The notes beneath the pieces were generated by a model. The model saw only the letters and a program-made list of their open reading frames with translations. It ran no database searches and was not told the origin of the DNA. 38,690 nt of DNA from Myxococcota bacterium. GTDB taxonomy: Bacteria; Myxococcota; JACRCW01. Position 1 is the stretch's first letter. Each line of letters starts with the position of its first letter. The stretch is from NCBI GenBank assembly GCA_040752415.1, contig JBFMGU010000086.1:1-38690 (forward strand), given 5' to 3'. Positions 21,437 through 32,315 of this stretch are shown piece after piece. The translations under genes were made by a program, and so were the position numbers.

Positions 21437-22789
21437 TCAGAAGACGCCAAGCGCGAGCAGGCCGAATCCCGCCGTGACGATGACGCCGTAGACCAGGAAG
21501 AACACCACGCAGTAACCCATGATGTCCCTGAAGCCGAGCTTGGCCGCGCCGAGGAGGGGCAGGGCCCAGAACGGCTGGATGACGTCGGTGAGCATGTCTC
21601 CCCACGCGTACGCAATCACCGTGAGATTCAGCGGAACACCCAGCTGCTTGCTCGCCGCGGCAATGTAGGAAGCCTCGATGGCCAGCTTGGACCCACCCGA
21701 GGGAACCACGTAGTTCAAGATGCCGCTGTACCAGGTGACGACGAGCGGGAAGGTCTCCGGCGTGGAGATGCGCGTGAAGCCGTTGGCCAGGATGTCATCC
21801 AGCCCGCTGCCGTCGATCATGCCCAGGATGCCCGCGTAGAACGGGAACTGCAGGATGATCGGCCACAGTGCGTCGGCGGAGCCGCGGGCGGCCGCAAGGA
21901 ATGCGCGCACGCTCGGGTGCAACGCCATTCCCACCGAGAGCATGAGAAGGTTCACCGTGTTGATGTTCAGCGCGGAGAGCCCGCCGTTCACCAGCCGCGC
22001 GCCGACGTAGCCGAGCGAGATCGCGGCCAGGATCAGCGTCGGAATGCGACTGTGCTCCAGGCGAGCCGCGGGCGTGTCCTCGGGCTGCTCGTCGACCAGG
22101 GGCTCCGGGTTCACCAATGCGCTCGGCGGCGCCGTCACCTCCGCGCCCTCCGGCGGGTGCATGGCCGCGGCCAACAGTGTCAGCACCACGAACGTGACGA
22201 CGACAAGCCCGATGTTCAGCGGGTGGAAGATCGTGTCGGTGACCGGGATGACGCCAAAGTACTCCGAGTACTTGCCCTTGGTGGCGATCAGCAGCGGCGC
22301 ACTGGCGCTCAGTCCCGCGTGCCACAGGCAGCCCAGTCCCAGGTAGCCCGTGGCGCAGAGCAGGCGGTGATCCACGCGGATCTTCTGTCGCGCCACCGCG
22401 ATCACGAAGAACGCGCTGGCGACGATGGAGAGCCCCCAGTTGAACATCGCCAGGCCCATGGAAACCGCGGCGGTGAGCGCAATGGCGCCGCGTGGCGTCT
22501 TCGGTCGTGACGCAACCCAGTCCAAAGCACGACGCACGGGCGGCGCGACCGCCAGCACGTAACCGCCCATGACGACGAGACACATCTGCGAGGCGAACTC
22601 CAGCAGCTGCCACAGCCCATTGCCCCACGCCATCACCAGTGACGACGGAGAAGTCGGTGTCAGCACCAGCGCCATCCCCGCCACCAGCGCGGAGAGGAGG
22701 AGCGCAATGACGAACGCATCCGGCACAAATCGCGTGCTCCAACGGGTGAGTCCCGCGGCCACGCGTTGCAGCAGGGAGGCGTTGGTCAT
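21437..22789 (-). CDS. atoE: Short-chain fatty acid transporter (AtoE family)
   Basis: PDAFVIALLL, WGNGLW, NWGLSIV, WHAGLSASAPL, QFPFYAGI, VPSGGS, AWGD and QPFWALP motifs; the long N-terminus in the ORF track is spurious. Confidence 0.88.
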   Translation of the reverse strand: MTNASLLQRVAAGLTRWSTRFVPDAFVIALLLSALVAGMALVLTPTSPSSLVMAWGNGLWQLLEFASQMCLVVMGGYVLAVAPPVRRALDWVASRPKTPRGAIALTAAVSMGLAMFNWGLSIVASAFFVIAVARQKIRVDHRLLCATGYLGLGCLWHAGLSASAPLLIATKGKYSEYFGVIPVTDTIFHPLNIGLVVVTFVVLTLLAAAMHPPEGAEVTAPPSALVNPEPLVDEQPEDTPAARLEHSRIPTLILAAISLGYVGARLVNGGLSALNINTVNLLMLSVGMALHPSVRAFLAAARGSADALWPIILQFPFYAGILGMIDGSGLDDILANGFTRISTPETFPLVVTWYSGILNYVVPSGGSKLAIEASYIAAASKQLGVPLNLTVIAYAWGDMLTDVIQPFWALPLLGAAKLGFRDIMGYCVVFFLVYGVIVTAGFGLLALGVF

Positions 22790-22909
22790 GCCCATCTCCG
22801 GCGGAGGCTCGAACGTTGGGCAACCTATGGGGATTCTGCGCTTGCGGACAAGGCACAAGCTTCCTAGAAGGCGCGTCCTTCCCGCCCATCTCGGGCACGG
22901 AGCAGCGCC

Positions 22910-23692
22910 ATGGCGTACGAGACCATCCTTGTTGAACAGCGTGGACCGGTGGCGGTCCTCACGCTCAACCGCCCCAAGTCCCTCAACGCGCTCAACCGCC
23001 AGCTCATCACCGAGCTCACCCGCGCGTACGACGAGCTGATTGCCGCCGGTGCCACGCGCGCCGTCGTGCTGACCGGCTCCGGTGAGAAGGCGTTCGCCGC
23101 TGGTGCCGACATCTCCGAGATGAAGGGCATGAGCGCGCTGGATGCCAAGGCGTTCTCCACGCTGGGCCACACGCTGGGCGCGCGCATCGAGACCGCGCCG
23201 TTCCCGACGATCGCCGCGGTGAATGGCTTTGCGCTCGGCGGCGGCTGTGAGCTCGCGTTGTGCTGCGACTTCATCTACGCGGCCGAGGAGGCCAAGCTCG
23301 GCCAGCCCGAGGTGAACCTGGGTCTCATCCCCGGATTCGGTGGCTGCACGCGGCTGGTCCGTCGGGTGGGACCGGCGTGGGCGCGTGAGCTGGTGTTGGC
23401 CGCGGACCCCATTCCCGCGTCCGAGGCGCTGCGCATTGGCCTGGTCAACAAGACCTTCCCGCGCGCCTCCCTCCTCGACGAGGCCAACAAGACCGCCACG
23501 AAGATCGCCGAGAAGGGCCCGGTGGCGGTGACGCTGGCGCGCCAGGTGATCCTCAACACCGAGGACCTGGACCTCGCACGCGCCAATGCGCTGGAGCAGC
23601 AGGCGTTCGGCCTGGCCGCGTCGTCGACCGACAGCCAGGAGGGGATGACCGCGTTCCTGGAGAAGCGTCCGGCCAAGTTCACCGGCAAGTGA
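22910..23692 (+). CDS. Enoyl-CoA hydratase (crotonase family)
   Basis: [30 protein letters not shown] and [12 protein letters not shown] motifs. Confidence 0.95.
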   Translation: MAYETILVEQRGPVAVLTLNRPKSLNALNRQLITELTRAYDELIAAGATRAVVLTGSGEKAFAAGADISEMKGMSALDAKAFSTLGHTLGARIETAPFPTIAAVNGFALGGGCELALCCDFIYAAEEAKLGQPEVNLGLIPGFGGCTRLVRRVGPAWARELVLAADPIPASEALRIGLVNKTFPRASLLDEANKTATKIAEKGPVAVTLARQVILNTEDLDLARANALEQQAFGLAASSTDSQEGMTAFLEKRPAKFTGK

Positions 23693-23705
23693 GACGGGAG
23701 AGAAG

Positions 23706-24848
<1,143 letters not shown>

Positions 24849-24923
24849 AAGCCCGACTTCCTTCACACCACGGGAGAACCTTGATTCGCAGCGCGGCCTG
24901 CGCGCCCGTTGACTCTTTCTGTA

Positions 24924-24950
24924 ATTGGATATAGACATATTATATCCAAT
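24924..24950. promoter_or_regulatory. Perfect 10-bp inverted repeat, putative TetR operator overlapping the promoter
   Basis: ATTGGATATA-gacatat-TATATCCAAT ending 1 nt before ATG 24951; AT-rich patch with TTGACT (24909) and TATTAT (24938). Confidence 0.8.
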
Positions 24951-25580
24951 ATGGCCACTGCCAAATCCACCACCCGACGACGAGGAAAGCGCACCTACTC
25001 CAGCCCGCTGCGACAGCAGCAGTCGGAGGAGACCCAGGCGCGCATCCTGGAGGCCGTTGCCGCGCAGGTGGCGGAGCAGGGGTTTCAGGACTTCTCCGTG
25101 GAGCGCGTGGCGGCACGTGCCGGTGTCTCCGCACCCACCGTCTACAAGTACTTCCCCACGCGCGACGCGATGCTTGACGCCGTCATCCTGTGGATGCGCT
25201 CGCGGGTGGGCGCGCTGCCAACGCCAAGCGGACCGGATGATCTCCCCGCCATCGTCGAGAAGACGTGCGTGACGCTGGACCAGCATGCCACCGCGGCGGA
25301 GGCGTTGATCCTCACGCAGCTGGGTCGGCAGGTGCGGGGACGGGGTGCGTCGGGGCGGCAGCAGCAGATGCTGGAAGTGCTGCGCGAAGAGCTGACCGGC
25401 CTTCCCGACGAGGAAGCGCGCGCCATCGCCGGCGTGTTCAAGCACCTCTGCAGCCTGGAGGCGTGGTTCCTGATGCGCACCGCGTTTGACGTCGGCGGAG
25501 AGCAGGCGGGGCGCACCATTGCGTGGGCGGTGAAGACGCTGCTGGACGACCTGAGACGTCGGAAGGGGAGACACGCATGA
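24951..25580 (+). CDS. TetR/AcrR family transcriptional regulator
   Basis: YSSPLRQQQ..TQARILEA; HTH SVERVAARAGVSAPTVYKYFPTRD. Confidence 0.93.
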   Translation: MATAKSTTRRRGKRTYSSPLRQQQSEETQARILEAVAAQVAEQGFQDFSVERVAARAGVSAPTVYKYFPTRDAMLDAVILWMRSRVGALPTPSGPDDLPAIVEKTCVTLDQHATAAEALILTQLGRQVRGRGASGRQQQMLEVLREELTGLPDEEARAIAGVFKHLCSLEAWFLMRTAFDVGGEQAGRTIAWAVKTLLDDLRRRKGRHA

Positions 25581-28183
25581 GCACGTGGGTGGCGGGACTC
25601 GGCGACCTTTCTCGGACGGACATTCCGCGCGCGGGAGGGAAGGGCGCGAACCTCGGCGAGTTGATGAAGGCCGGGATGCCCGTTCCCGACGGCTTCTGCG
25701 TCACCGCGGACGCGTACCGGGAGCACATCGCGCGGAACAACCTGCATCCGGCACTGACGCGTTGTCTTTCCGGGATGAACCCTGACGACGTCGACAGCGT
25801 GGCACGCGCGGGAGCGGAGATCCGCGGCCTCATCACCACGGCGCCCATTCCCGACGAGATCGCGCAGGAGATCGTGCGGTGCTACGGCGCGCTGGGCGGC
25901 GACGCCGCGGTGGCGGTGCGCTCTTCCGCGACGGCGGAGGACCTCCCGGACGCCAGCTTCGCGGGGCAGCAGGACACGTACCTGGATGTGCGCGGGGAGC
26001 GTGACGTCGTCGAATCCGTGAAGGCGTGCTGGGCCTCCCTGTGGACCGACCGCGCCATCAGCTACCGGCAGAAACACCAGTTCGACCATACCGCCGTGGC
26101 GCTGGCGTGCGTGGTGCAACGCATGGTCCCGGCGGACCTGGCGGGCGTGATGTTCACCGCGGACCCGGTGACCGGCGAGCGCGACCGTGTCGTCGTCAAT
26201 TCGGTTCCCGGGCTGGGCGAGGCGTTGGTCTCCGGGAAGGCCACCGCGGACCAGTTCGTGCTGCGGAAGGATGATGCCCACGTCGTCACGGAGCGTCTTG
26301 CGGAACCCGGTCGTCCGCGACCCGACCTCGCAGCGTTGGTGGAATTGGCGCGTCGGATCGAGCGGCACTTCGGTGCGCCGCAGGACATCGAGTGGGCCAC
26401 CTCCGGCGGACGGATCTACGCGCTGCAGTCCCGTCCCATCACCAACCTGCGCGAGGCCCCCGTCCATCCCGACGACGCCACTCGCCCGCTCTACGCCTAC
26501 ACCGTGAAGCTCGAGGAGATGATGCCCTCCGCGCTCACGCCTTTGGGTGCCGACGCGTTCGAGAAGGTCTTCTTCCCCATGATCTTCCGCGGGCTGACGT
26601 TGCACGGCCTCGCGCCGCGGCATCTCCTCGCGCAGATCAACAGGCTCGCGCAGGCCATCCGCGGCCGCGTCTACCTGAACGCCACCTTCATTCGGGAGTT
26701 TCTGATGCCCGGCCTCGACGAGGTGGCGCTGGTGGATGCGCTGGAGCACGGCAAGCGACCTCCGCTGTCCGCGCTCCGTTGGAAGGCCTTGTTGCCGCTG
26801 ATGCTCGCGGGTCCCTTCGCGGCGGCCAAGGTGCTGCGCTTCCTCCTCGACGTCGACAAGCACATGGCGGCGCTGGTGGAGGCGCATGACCGTCACGTGG
26901 CGCCGTGGGAGCGGGCGGATCTCTCGGGGCGCTCCTGGGATGAGGTGCTCAAGCTCGTCGACGCGTCCATCTGGGACGAGAAGGCCCTGCACCAGCTGCT
27001 GGCTCCCGTGAACGCGTTCTCCGCCGGCCTGGCGGCACCGTTCTACACGGCGCTGGGACACATCCTGAGTCGCTGGGCGGGGGAGCCAGCAGAGAGTGCG
27101 GGCGTGCTGGTTTCCGGTCTCAGCGGAATTGCCGAGGTGGAATGCGCGGCCATGTTGTGGGACCTCGCGACGGAAGCGCGCAAGGTGCCGGAGGTGGTGG
27201 AGGCCTTGGAGCGCAAACCGGACGACGCGCTGCGGATCCTCGAGGACAAGCCGGCTGCGAGCGGGTGGATCCGACAGTTCCGCGCGTTCCAGGAACGCTT
27301 CGGACACCGCGGCATCGAGGAGGTGGAGCTGGCCCGGCCCAAGTGGCGTGAGGATCCGGCGTATCCCCTGACGGTGATTGCCAACTACCTGCGGGCGGAT
27401 CCTTCGTCGGATCCACGGGAGGTGGAGCGACGCCAGCGGGAACGTCGCCTCGCCCTCGAGGAACGGATCCGCCAGCGCCTGCGCTACCGGCCCATCCGTC
27501 GACGGATCTTCGACGTCCTGCTGCACGTCTCGCAGAAGACCGCGGTGGCGCGACAGAACAGCAAGGCCGAGATCATGCGGAGCGTGGGCGTGTTCCGGGC
27601 GGGGGCATTGGAGCTGGGGAGGCGCCTGGTAGCCCAGGGACGCACCGACCGCGTCGACGACGTGTTCTTCCTCCTGCTCACCGAGCTGCGGGCGCTCCCG
27701 GACGGGGATCTGCGTGAGCTCGTGGCGCAGCGACGTCGGGCCTACGCGAATTGGCAGCGGGAGCGCCCGGCGCGTTTCCTGGATGCGCAGAGCCGGCCGC
27801 TTCAGCTGGTAGCGCAGACCGTGGTGACGACGGGGGAGGGCGCCTTGTGCGGCGTTGGCTCCAGTCCCGGCAAGGCCACCGGCGTGGCCCGCATCATCCG
27901 CGACCCGACCACCGCACGCCTCAATCCCGGCGAGATCCTGGTGGCGCCGTTCACGGACCCGTCGTGGACACCGTTGTTCCTGTGTGCGCGCGCGGTGGTT
28001 GTCGAGGTGGGGAGCTTGTTGTCCCACGCGTCGATTGTCGCGCGGGAGCTGGGGATTCCGTCGGTGGTCGCGCTTCCGGGCGCCACAGAGCGCCTCAAGG
28101 ATGGCGACGTCATCGAGGTGGACGGACAGACCGGCGTGGTCCGTGTGGTCCAACCCGCCGGGTCCCAGCAGCTGGCAGCGTGA
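25577..28183 (+). CDS. PEP-utilising/dikinase-like phosphotransferase with rifampicin phosphotransferase-type domain order
   Basis: N-terminal ATP-grasp (GGKGANLGEL, AVRSSATAEDLPDASFAGQ, QDIEWA, LQSRPIT); central FGHRG..E.ELARPKWREDP; C-terminal phospho-His domain (TDPSWTPLF, LLSHASIVARELGIP); ATGA overlap with tetR. Confidence 0.88.
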   Translation: MSTWVAGLGDLSRTDIPRAGGKGANLGELMKAGMPVPDGFCVTADAYREHIARNNLHPALTRCLSGMNPDDVDSVARAGAEIRGLITTAPIPDEIAQEIVRCYGALGGDAAVAVRSSATAEDLPDASFAGQQDTYLDVRGERDVVESVKACWASLWTDRAISYRQKHQFDHTAVALACVVQRMVPADLAGVMFTADPVTGERDRVVVNSVPGLGEALVSGKATADQFVLRKDDAHVVTERLAEPGRPRPDLAALVELARRIERHFGAPQDIEWATSGGRIYALQSRPITNLREAPVHPDDATRPLYAYTVKLEEMMPSALTPLGADAFEKVFFPMIFRGLTLHGLAPRHLLAQINRLAQAIRGRVYLNATFIREFLMPGLDEVALVDALEHGKRPPLSALRWKALLPLMLAGPFAAAKVLRFLLDVDKHMAALVEAHDRHVAPWERADLSGRSWDEVLKLVDASIWDEKALHQLLAPVNAFSAGLAAPFYTALGHILSRWAGEPAESAGVLVSGLSGIAEVECAAMLWDLATEARKVPEVVEALERKPDDALRILEDKPAASGWIRQFRAFQERFGHRGIEEVELARPKWREDPAYPLTVIANYLRADPSSDPREVERRQRERRLALEERIRQRLRYRPIRRRIFDVLLHVSQKTAVARQNSKAEIMRSVGVFRAGALELGRRLVAQGRTDRVDDVFFLLLTELRALPDGDLRELVAQRRRAYANWQRERPARFLDAQSRPLQLVAQTVVTTGEGALCGVGSSPGKATGVARIIRDPTTARLNPGEILVAPFTDPSWTPLFLCARAVVVEVGSLLSHASIVARELGIPSVVALPGATERLKDGDVIEVDGQTGVVRVVQPAGSQQLAA

Positions 28184-28357
28184 TCAACGCAGGTTGAACC
28201 CGCCCTGGTTGGTGCTGAGCTGGGGAGAGCAGCGCACGTTCGGCCGCTCGACCGGTAGGGAACGCATCCACGGCGCCTGCACGCCGTAGCCGCCGGCAAC
28301 ACGGACATCCTCGGGACGGGTGGCGGGAACAACGGGACACAGGACGACGAGACGCAT
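28184..28357 (-). CDS. Candidate 57-aa small protein
   Basis: GGAGG-N6-ATG; MRLVVLCPVVPATRPEDVRVAGGYGVQAPWMRSLPVERPNVRCSPQLSTNQGGFNLR; no overlap with neighbours. Confidence 0.4.
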   Translation of the reverse strand: MRLVVLCPVVPATRPEDVRVAGGYGVQAPWMRSLPVERPNVRCSPQLSTNQGGFNLR

Positions 28358-28494
28358 GGTCAACCTCCGGGGACATCCACCTGGCTCCAGGTGGCGCCAA
28401 CGGCCTCCAAGCTAACGGTGCCGATCCCGCTTCCCAAATTTTCGACCCGGCCACCGCTCCCCTTGAACCGTCCGGAGGTGCTAGACGCGGCGCC

Positions 28495-30006
28495 GTGGCT
28501 CGTCTTCCTGTCGTCGCAATCGTGGGTCGCCCCAATGTGGGCAAGTCCACGCTCTTCAACCGCCTCGCCCACCGTCGCATTGCCGTGGTGGACGACGAGC
28601 CTGGCGTCACCCGTGACCGCATCTACGCCATGGCCCGCCCCGTCGGCGCGCGCTTCCACCTGATCGACACCGGCGGTGTGGCCCAGGCCACCGAGGACCA
28701 GTTCGCCATCAGCATCCGCGACCAGGCGCGCGTGGCCATCGAGGAAGCGGACCTGGTGGTGCACCTGTGTGACGCCCGCGCCGGCCTCCACCCCGACGAC
28801 CGCTTCGTGGCCGGCATGCTCCGCCAGGCGGGAAAGCCCACCGTCACCGTGGCCAACAAGGTGGACGCGCGTGACGCCGAGGACCTGCTCCCGGAGCTGT
28901 ATGAGCTGGGCGTGGAAGAGGTGCTCCCCATCAGCGCCGCGCATGGCCTGGGCGTGGGTGACCTCGTCGACAAGATCCTGGCCACGCTGCCCAGGGAGCT
29001 CTCCGACTCCGCGGTTCAGCAATTCGAGACGGAAGCCGCGCAGCCCCGCACCCGCGCGGAACGCCGCGCCGCCGCCCGCGCCGCCGACGAGGCCCCGCGC
29101 CCCGAGGAGCTGGCCCCCGAGCTGGACGACGCTCCCGACGAGGTGAGCATCCCCGACGAGCTGAAGGTGGCCGTGGTGGGGCGCCCCAATGCCGGCAAGA
29201 GCAGCCTGGTGAACGCGCTCCTCGGTGAGCCGCGCATGGTGGTGAGCGAGATCCCCGGGACCACCCGTGACGCCGTCGACACGCTGCTGGAACGCGACGG
29301 CCGGCGCTTCCGCCTCATCGACACCGCGGGGTTGCGTCGCAAGCGCTCCGTGGCGCGCAAGGTGGAGAAGCTCTCCGTGGTGGTGGCGGTGCGCGCCATC
29401 GAGGAGTGTCACCTCGCGCTGCTCGTGGTCGACGGGTACGAGGGCATCACCGAGCAGGACGCCAAGGTGGCGGAGCTGGCGCATGAGGCCGGCAAGGCGC
29501 TGATCATCGTCGTCAACAAGTGGGACCTGGTGCAGGAGGGCGCGCGCAACAGGCAGGAGTACACCAAGCGCGTGCACAAGGAGCTCTCGTTCGTCAGCTA
29601 CGCGCCGGTTCTGTTCATCAGCGCGGCGCGCAATGAAGGCGTCTCCGACGTGCTCCCCAAGGTCCTCGAGGTGGCGCGTGACCATTTCACCCGCGTGTCG
29701 ACGTCCAAGCTCAACAAGGCGCTGCAGCGCACCATGGAGCGGCACCACCTGCCGGCGTACAAGGGTCGTCGGGTGAGCCTGTACTACTGCACGCAGGTTG
29801 CGGTGGCGCCGCCCACCATCGTCGTCGCGGCGAACATGCCGGAGGGCGTGCACTTCAGCTACCGCCGCTACCTGGTCAACGCCCTGCGCGAGGAGTTCGG
29901 CTTCCAGGGCACACCGCTGCGCGTGATGTTCAAGCGACGCGGCAAGGACATCGGTCGTGCGGGGCACACCCACCGCAAACGCACCGACCCGCGAACCCAT
30001 GGCTGA
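28495..30006 (+). CDS. der: Ribosome biogenesis GTPase Der (EngA)
   Basis: Two GTPase domains (GRPNVGKSTL/DTGG/NKVD and GRPNAGKSSL/DTAG/NKWD) plus KH-like C-terminus (YRRYLVNALRE). Confidence 0.96.
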   Translation: MARLPVVAIVGRPNVGKSTLFNRLAHRRIAVVDDEPGVTRDRIYAMARPVGARFHLIDTGGVAQATEDQFAISIRDQARVAIEEADLVVHLCDARAGLHPDDRFVAGMLRQAGKPTVTVANKVDARDAEDLLPELYELGVEEVLPISAAHGLGVGDLVDKILATLPRELSDSAVQQFETEAAQPRTRAERRAAARAADEAPRPEELAPELDDAPDEVSIPDELKVAVVGRPNAGKSSLVNALLGEPRMVVSEIPGTTRDAVDTLLERDGRRFRLIDTAGLRRKRSVARKVEKLSVVVAVRAIEECHLALLVVDGYEGITEQDAKVAELAHEAGKALIIVVNKWDLVQEGARNRQEYTKRVHKELSFVSYAPVLFISAARNEGVSDVLPKVLEVARDHFTRVSTSKLNKALQRTMERHHLPAYKGRRVSLYYCTQVAVAPPTIVVAANMPEGVHFSYRRYLVNALREEFGFQGTPLRVMFKRRGKDIGRAGHTHRKRTDPRTHG

Positions 30007-31033
30007 AGCGCCGCAGACTCCGGATCCGCCGTCCCCGACGGAGCCCGAGCCCCGGCCCCGCCATCACGTCTTCACCTTTCAACGTCACCGCTGGCTGCGT
30101 CGTGCGTTCACCTGGGGGCGCGCACCGCTGGTGAACTTCGTGCGCAACGACGGACAGGTCTACGCCGCCGCCATCGCGTTCTACGGCATCGTCTCGCTGG
30201 TTCCGCTCGGCGCGGTGATGATCGCGTTCGGCGGCACCCTGCTGGCCCACCTCGGCCAAGGCGACCCCGAGGAGCAGGCCGCGCTCATCGCCGACTTCGT
30301 GCACGCCGCCAAACGGTTCATCCCGTTCCTGCCCACCGGATCGACGCAAGCGGTCCTGGAGGCTTTGGTGAAGAGCAGGCGCAACATCGGCTTCATTGGC
30401 GCCTTGGCCCTGCTCATCAGCGCCAGCCAGGTCCTGCAGGCGTTGCGTACCGCCCTGAACCACATCTTCGAGCAGAGCCGCTTCAAGCCCCGCATGCTGA
30501 AACAGGCGCAGTTGCCGGTGTCCCCGCTCGTGCGCGTCTGGCGCGTGTTCCGGGAGCAGGCCAGCGCTTCCCTTGCCGTGGGCGCGCTGGGGCTGCTGTT
30601 TGGTGGCCTTCGCTACCTGTTGACGTCGGTGCTCACCCTGGCGCGCGGCGTGGCGCCGGAAGCGTTCATGCAGCTCCTGCACACCCCCGTGCTGCAATGG
30701 GTGATTGGCGTCGGGAGTGGATTCCTGATTGCGCTGGTGGGTTACTGTTGCCTGCTGTTCTATCTCGTCGGGAAGGCCGCCTCCTGGCGCTCCATCCTGC
30801 TCGGCGGGGCGGTGTTTGGCGCGCTCTCCGTCGCCGCGGAGCTGGTGTACGGCTACTACGTCTCCCATCTGGCGCGGCTCTCGCTGACGTACGGATCCAT
30901 GGCCACGCTGGTGGCCGTGGCGCTCTGGGTGTTCTATTCCAGCTGCGTCTTCCTGATCTGCGCCGAGCTCACCGCGGTCACGCGTCTGTGGGGCGTTCCC
31001 CGCGCGCGGCTGCATGAGTGGCGAGGACGGTGA
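29999..31033 (+). CDS. YihY/BrkB family inner membrane protein
   Basis: AAAIAFYGIVSLVP, ALN.IF, YGSMATL..LW.FYS and AEL motifs; multiple TM helices; overlaps der stop. Confidence 0.88.
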   Translation: MAEAPQTPDPPSPTEPEPRPRHHVFTFQRHRWLRRAFTWGRAPLVNFVRNDGQVYAAAIAFYGIVSLVPLGAVMIAFGGTLLAHLGQGDPEEQAALIADFVHAAKRFIPFLPTGSTQAVLEALVKSRRNIGFIGALALLISASQVLQALRTALNHIFEQSRFKPRMLKQAQLPVSPLVRVWRVFREQASASLAVGALGLLFGGLRYLLTSVLTLARGVAPEAFMQLLHTPVLQWVIGVGSGFLIALVGYCCLLFYLVGKAASWRSILLGGAVFGALSVAAELVYGYYVSHLARLSLTYGSMATLVAVALWVFYSSCVFLICAELTAVTRLWGVPRARLHEWRGR

Positions 31034-31045
31034 CGCGGAGGCGCC

Positions 31046-32083
31046 ATGGCGGTGCGCAAGTCGGGCAGTGAGAACACCCAGGTGGCGTGGCTGTGTGGCG
31101 AGGAGCGCCTGCTGATCCAGGACGCGCTGGAGCGGCTGCGCGCCCGTGCCATGGCGGAGATCCGGGCGCCGGACTTCAACGTGCAGCGGGCCAGCGCCAA
31201 GAACACCACGGTGGGGACCATCGTCGGGTTCTGTCGGACGTTGCCGGTGATGAGCCCCAAGCGCCTGGTGGAGATCCACGACGCCGACGCCATCCCCGCC
31301 CCGGATCATGAAGCCCTGCTGGAATACGTGCACAGCCCGGATCCCCAGTGCGTGCTGATTCTCGTCGGGGAGAAGGTCGACAAGCGGCTCAAGCTGTTCA
31401 AGGAGCTGGAGTCCGCGGGCGTACTGCAGGTCTTTGACCGCCTCAATGAGCGGGAGCTGCCGCGCTGGCTGGAGAACCGCGCCCGCACGCACGAGATCAC
31501 GCTGCAACCCGAGGCTGCCAACACGCTCGCCGCCGCGGTGGGGAGCGAGCTGATGCTGCTGGACAGCGCGCTGGAGAAGCTGCGCCTGGTGGTGGGGAAG
31601 GGCGGGGTGGTCAGTGAGGACCACGTGGCCGAGCACATCACCACCACCAAGGTGGAGACCAGCTTCAAGATCGTCGACGCCATGGCCGCGGGAAAGCTGG
31701 GCCTGGCGCTGCAGACCATGCTTTCCGTCGTCAACGCGGGGGAGGCACCGCTGCGCCTGCTGGGCGCGCTGGCCTACGCGCAGCGGCAGTCCATCCGGCT
31801 GCTGGACAAGCTGGAGCAAGGGGCATCACCGCAGGAGGCCGCACGTGAGGTGCGCATCTTCTACAACGCCGACGCCGCCGTCCGACGTGTGCAGGCCGCG
31901 GGTCGCGAGGCGCTGGCGGCGGGGATGGTGGCCATTGCGGACGCGGACCGCCTGCTGAAGGGCAGCTCCGTTTCCGACGAGGATGTGCTGGTGGCGCTGT
32001 TGATGCGCCTCAATGCGCTCCAGCGTCGGAAGAAGGGCGCCGCCGACGCTGGCGCCAGCTCTGCACCGCGGTCAGCGCGTTGA
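31046..32083 (+). CDS. holA: DNA polymerase III delta subunit
   Basis: LCGEE, DFN, TLPVMSPKRLV, VDKRLK, LEKL, and D..LKGS motifs. Confidence 0.88.
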   Translation: MAVRKSGSENTQVAWLCGEERLLIQDALERLRARAMAEIRAPDFNVQRASAKNTTVGTIVGFCRTLPVMSPKRLVEIHDADAIPAPDHEALLEYVHSPDPQCVLILVGEKVDKRLKLFKELESAGVLQVFDRLNERELPRWLENRARTHEITLQPEAANTLAAAVGSELMLLDSALEKLRLVVGKGGVVSEDHVAEHITTTKVETSFKIVDAMAAGKLGLALQTMLSVVNAGEAPLRLLGALAYAQRQSIRLLDKLEQGASPQEAAREVRIFYNADAAVRRVQAAGREALAAGMVAIADADRLLKGSSVSDEDVLVALLMRLNALQRRKKGAADAGASSAPRSAR

Positions 32084-32306
32084 CCAGGATCAACATGCTC
32101 ACCAGCGTGAAGAACATGGGCGGGGACAGAGGGCGCTGAAGCCCCAGGAACGAGACCTGCGCGCCGCCGGCCATCGTGTGCCATCCCCAGACGCCCACGC
32201 CCAGAGCCAACACCACACCCAGCACGGCTCCCCAGAACCGGTTGGCAAAGCTGACGATGGCCCATCCGACCACCGCCGCCAGCATCACCATGCGATCAAT
32301 CGGCAT
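32010..32306 (-). CDS. Small hypothetical membrane protein
   Basis: About three hydrophobic helices and a basic tail; starts 9 nt after the upstream minus-strand gene; 3' end overlaps holA. Confidence 0.6.
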   Translation of the reverse strand: MPIDRMVMLAAVVGWAIVSFANRFWGAVLGVVLALGVGVWGWHTMAGGAQVSFLGLQRPLSPPMFFTLVSMLILVNALTAVQSWRQRRRRPSSDAGAH

Positions 32307-32315
32307 TGCCGGAGA

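Noticed and set aside
25142..28153. 1003-aa ORF on the - strand, and many similar long antisense ORFs
   Set aside because: High-GC stop-poor shadows of genuine genes; no recognisable motifs
29000..29160. Long acidic linker between the two Der GTPase domains
   Set aside because: Variable acidic linkers are a known feature of Der
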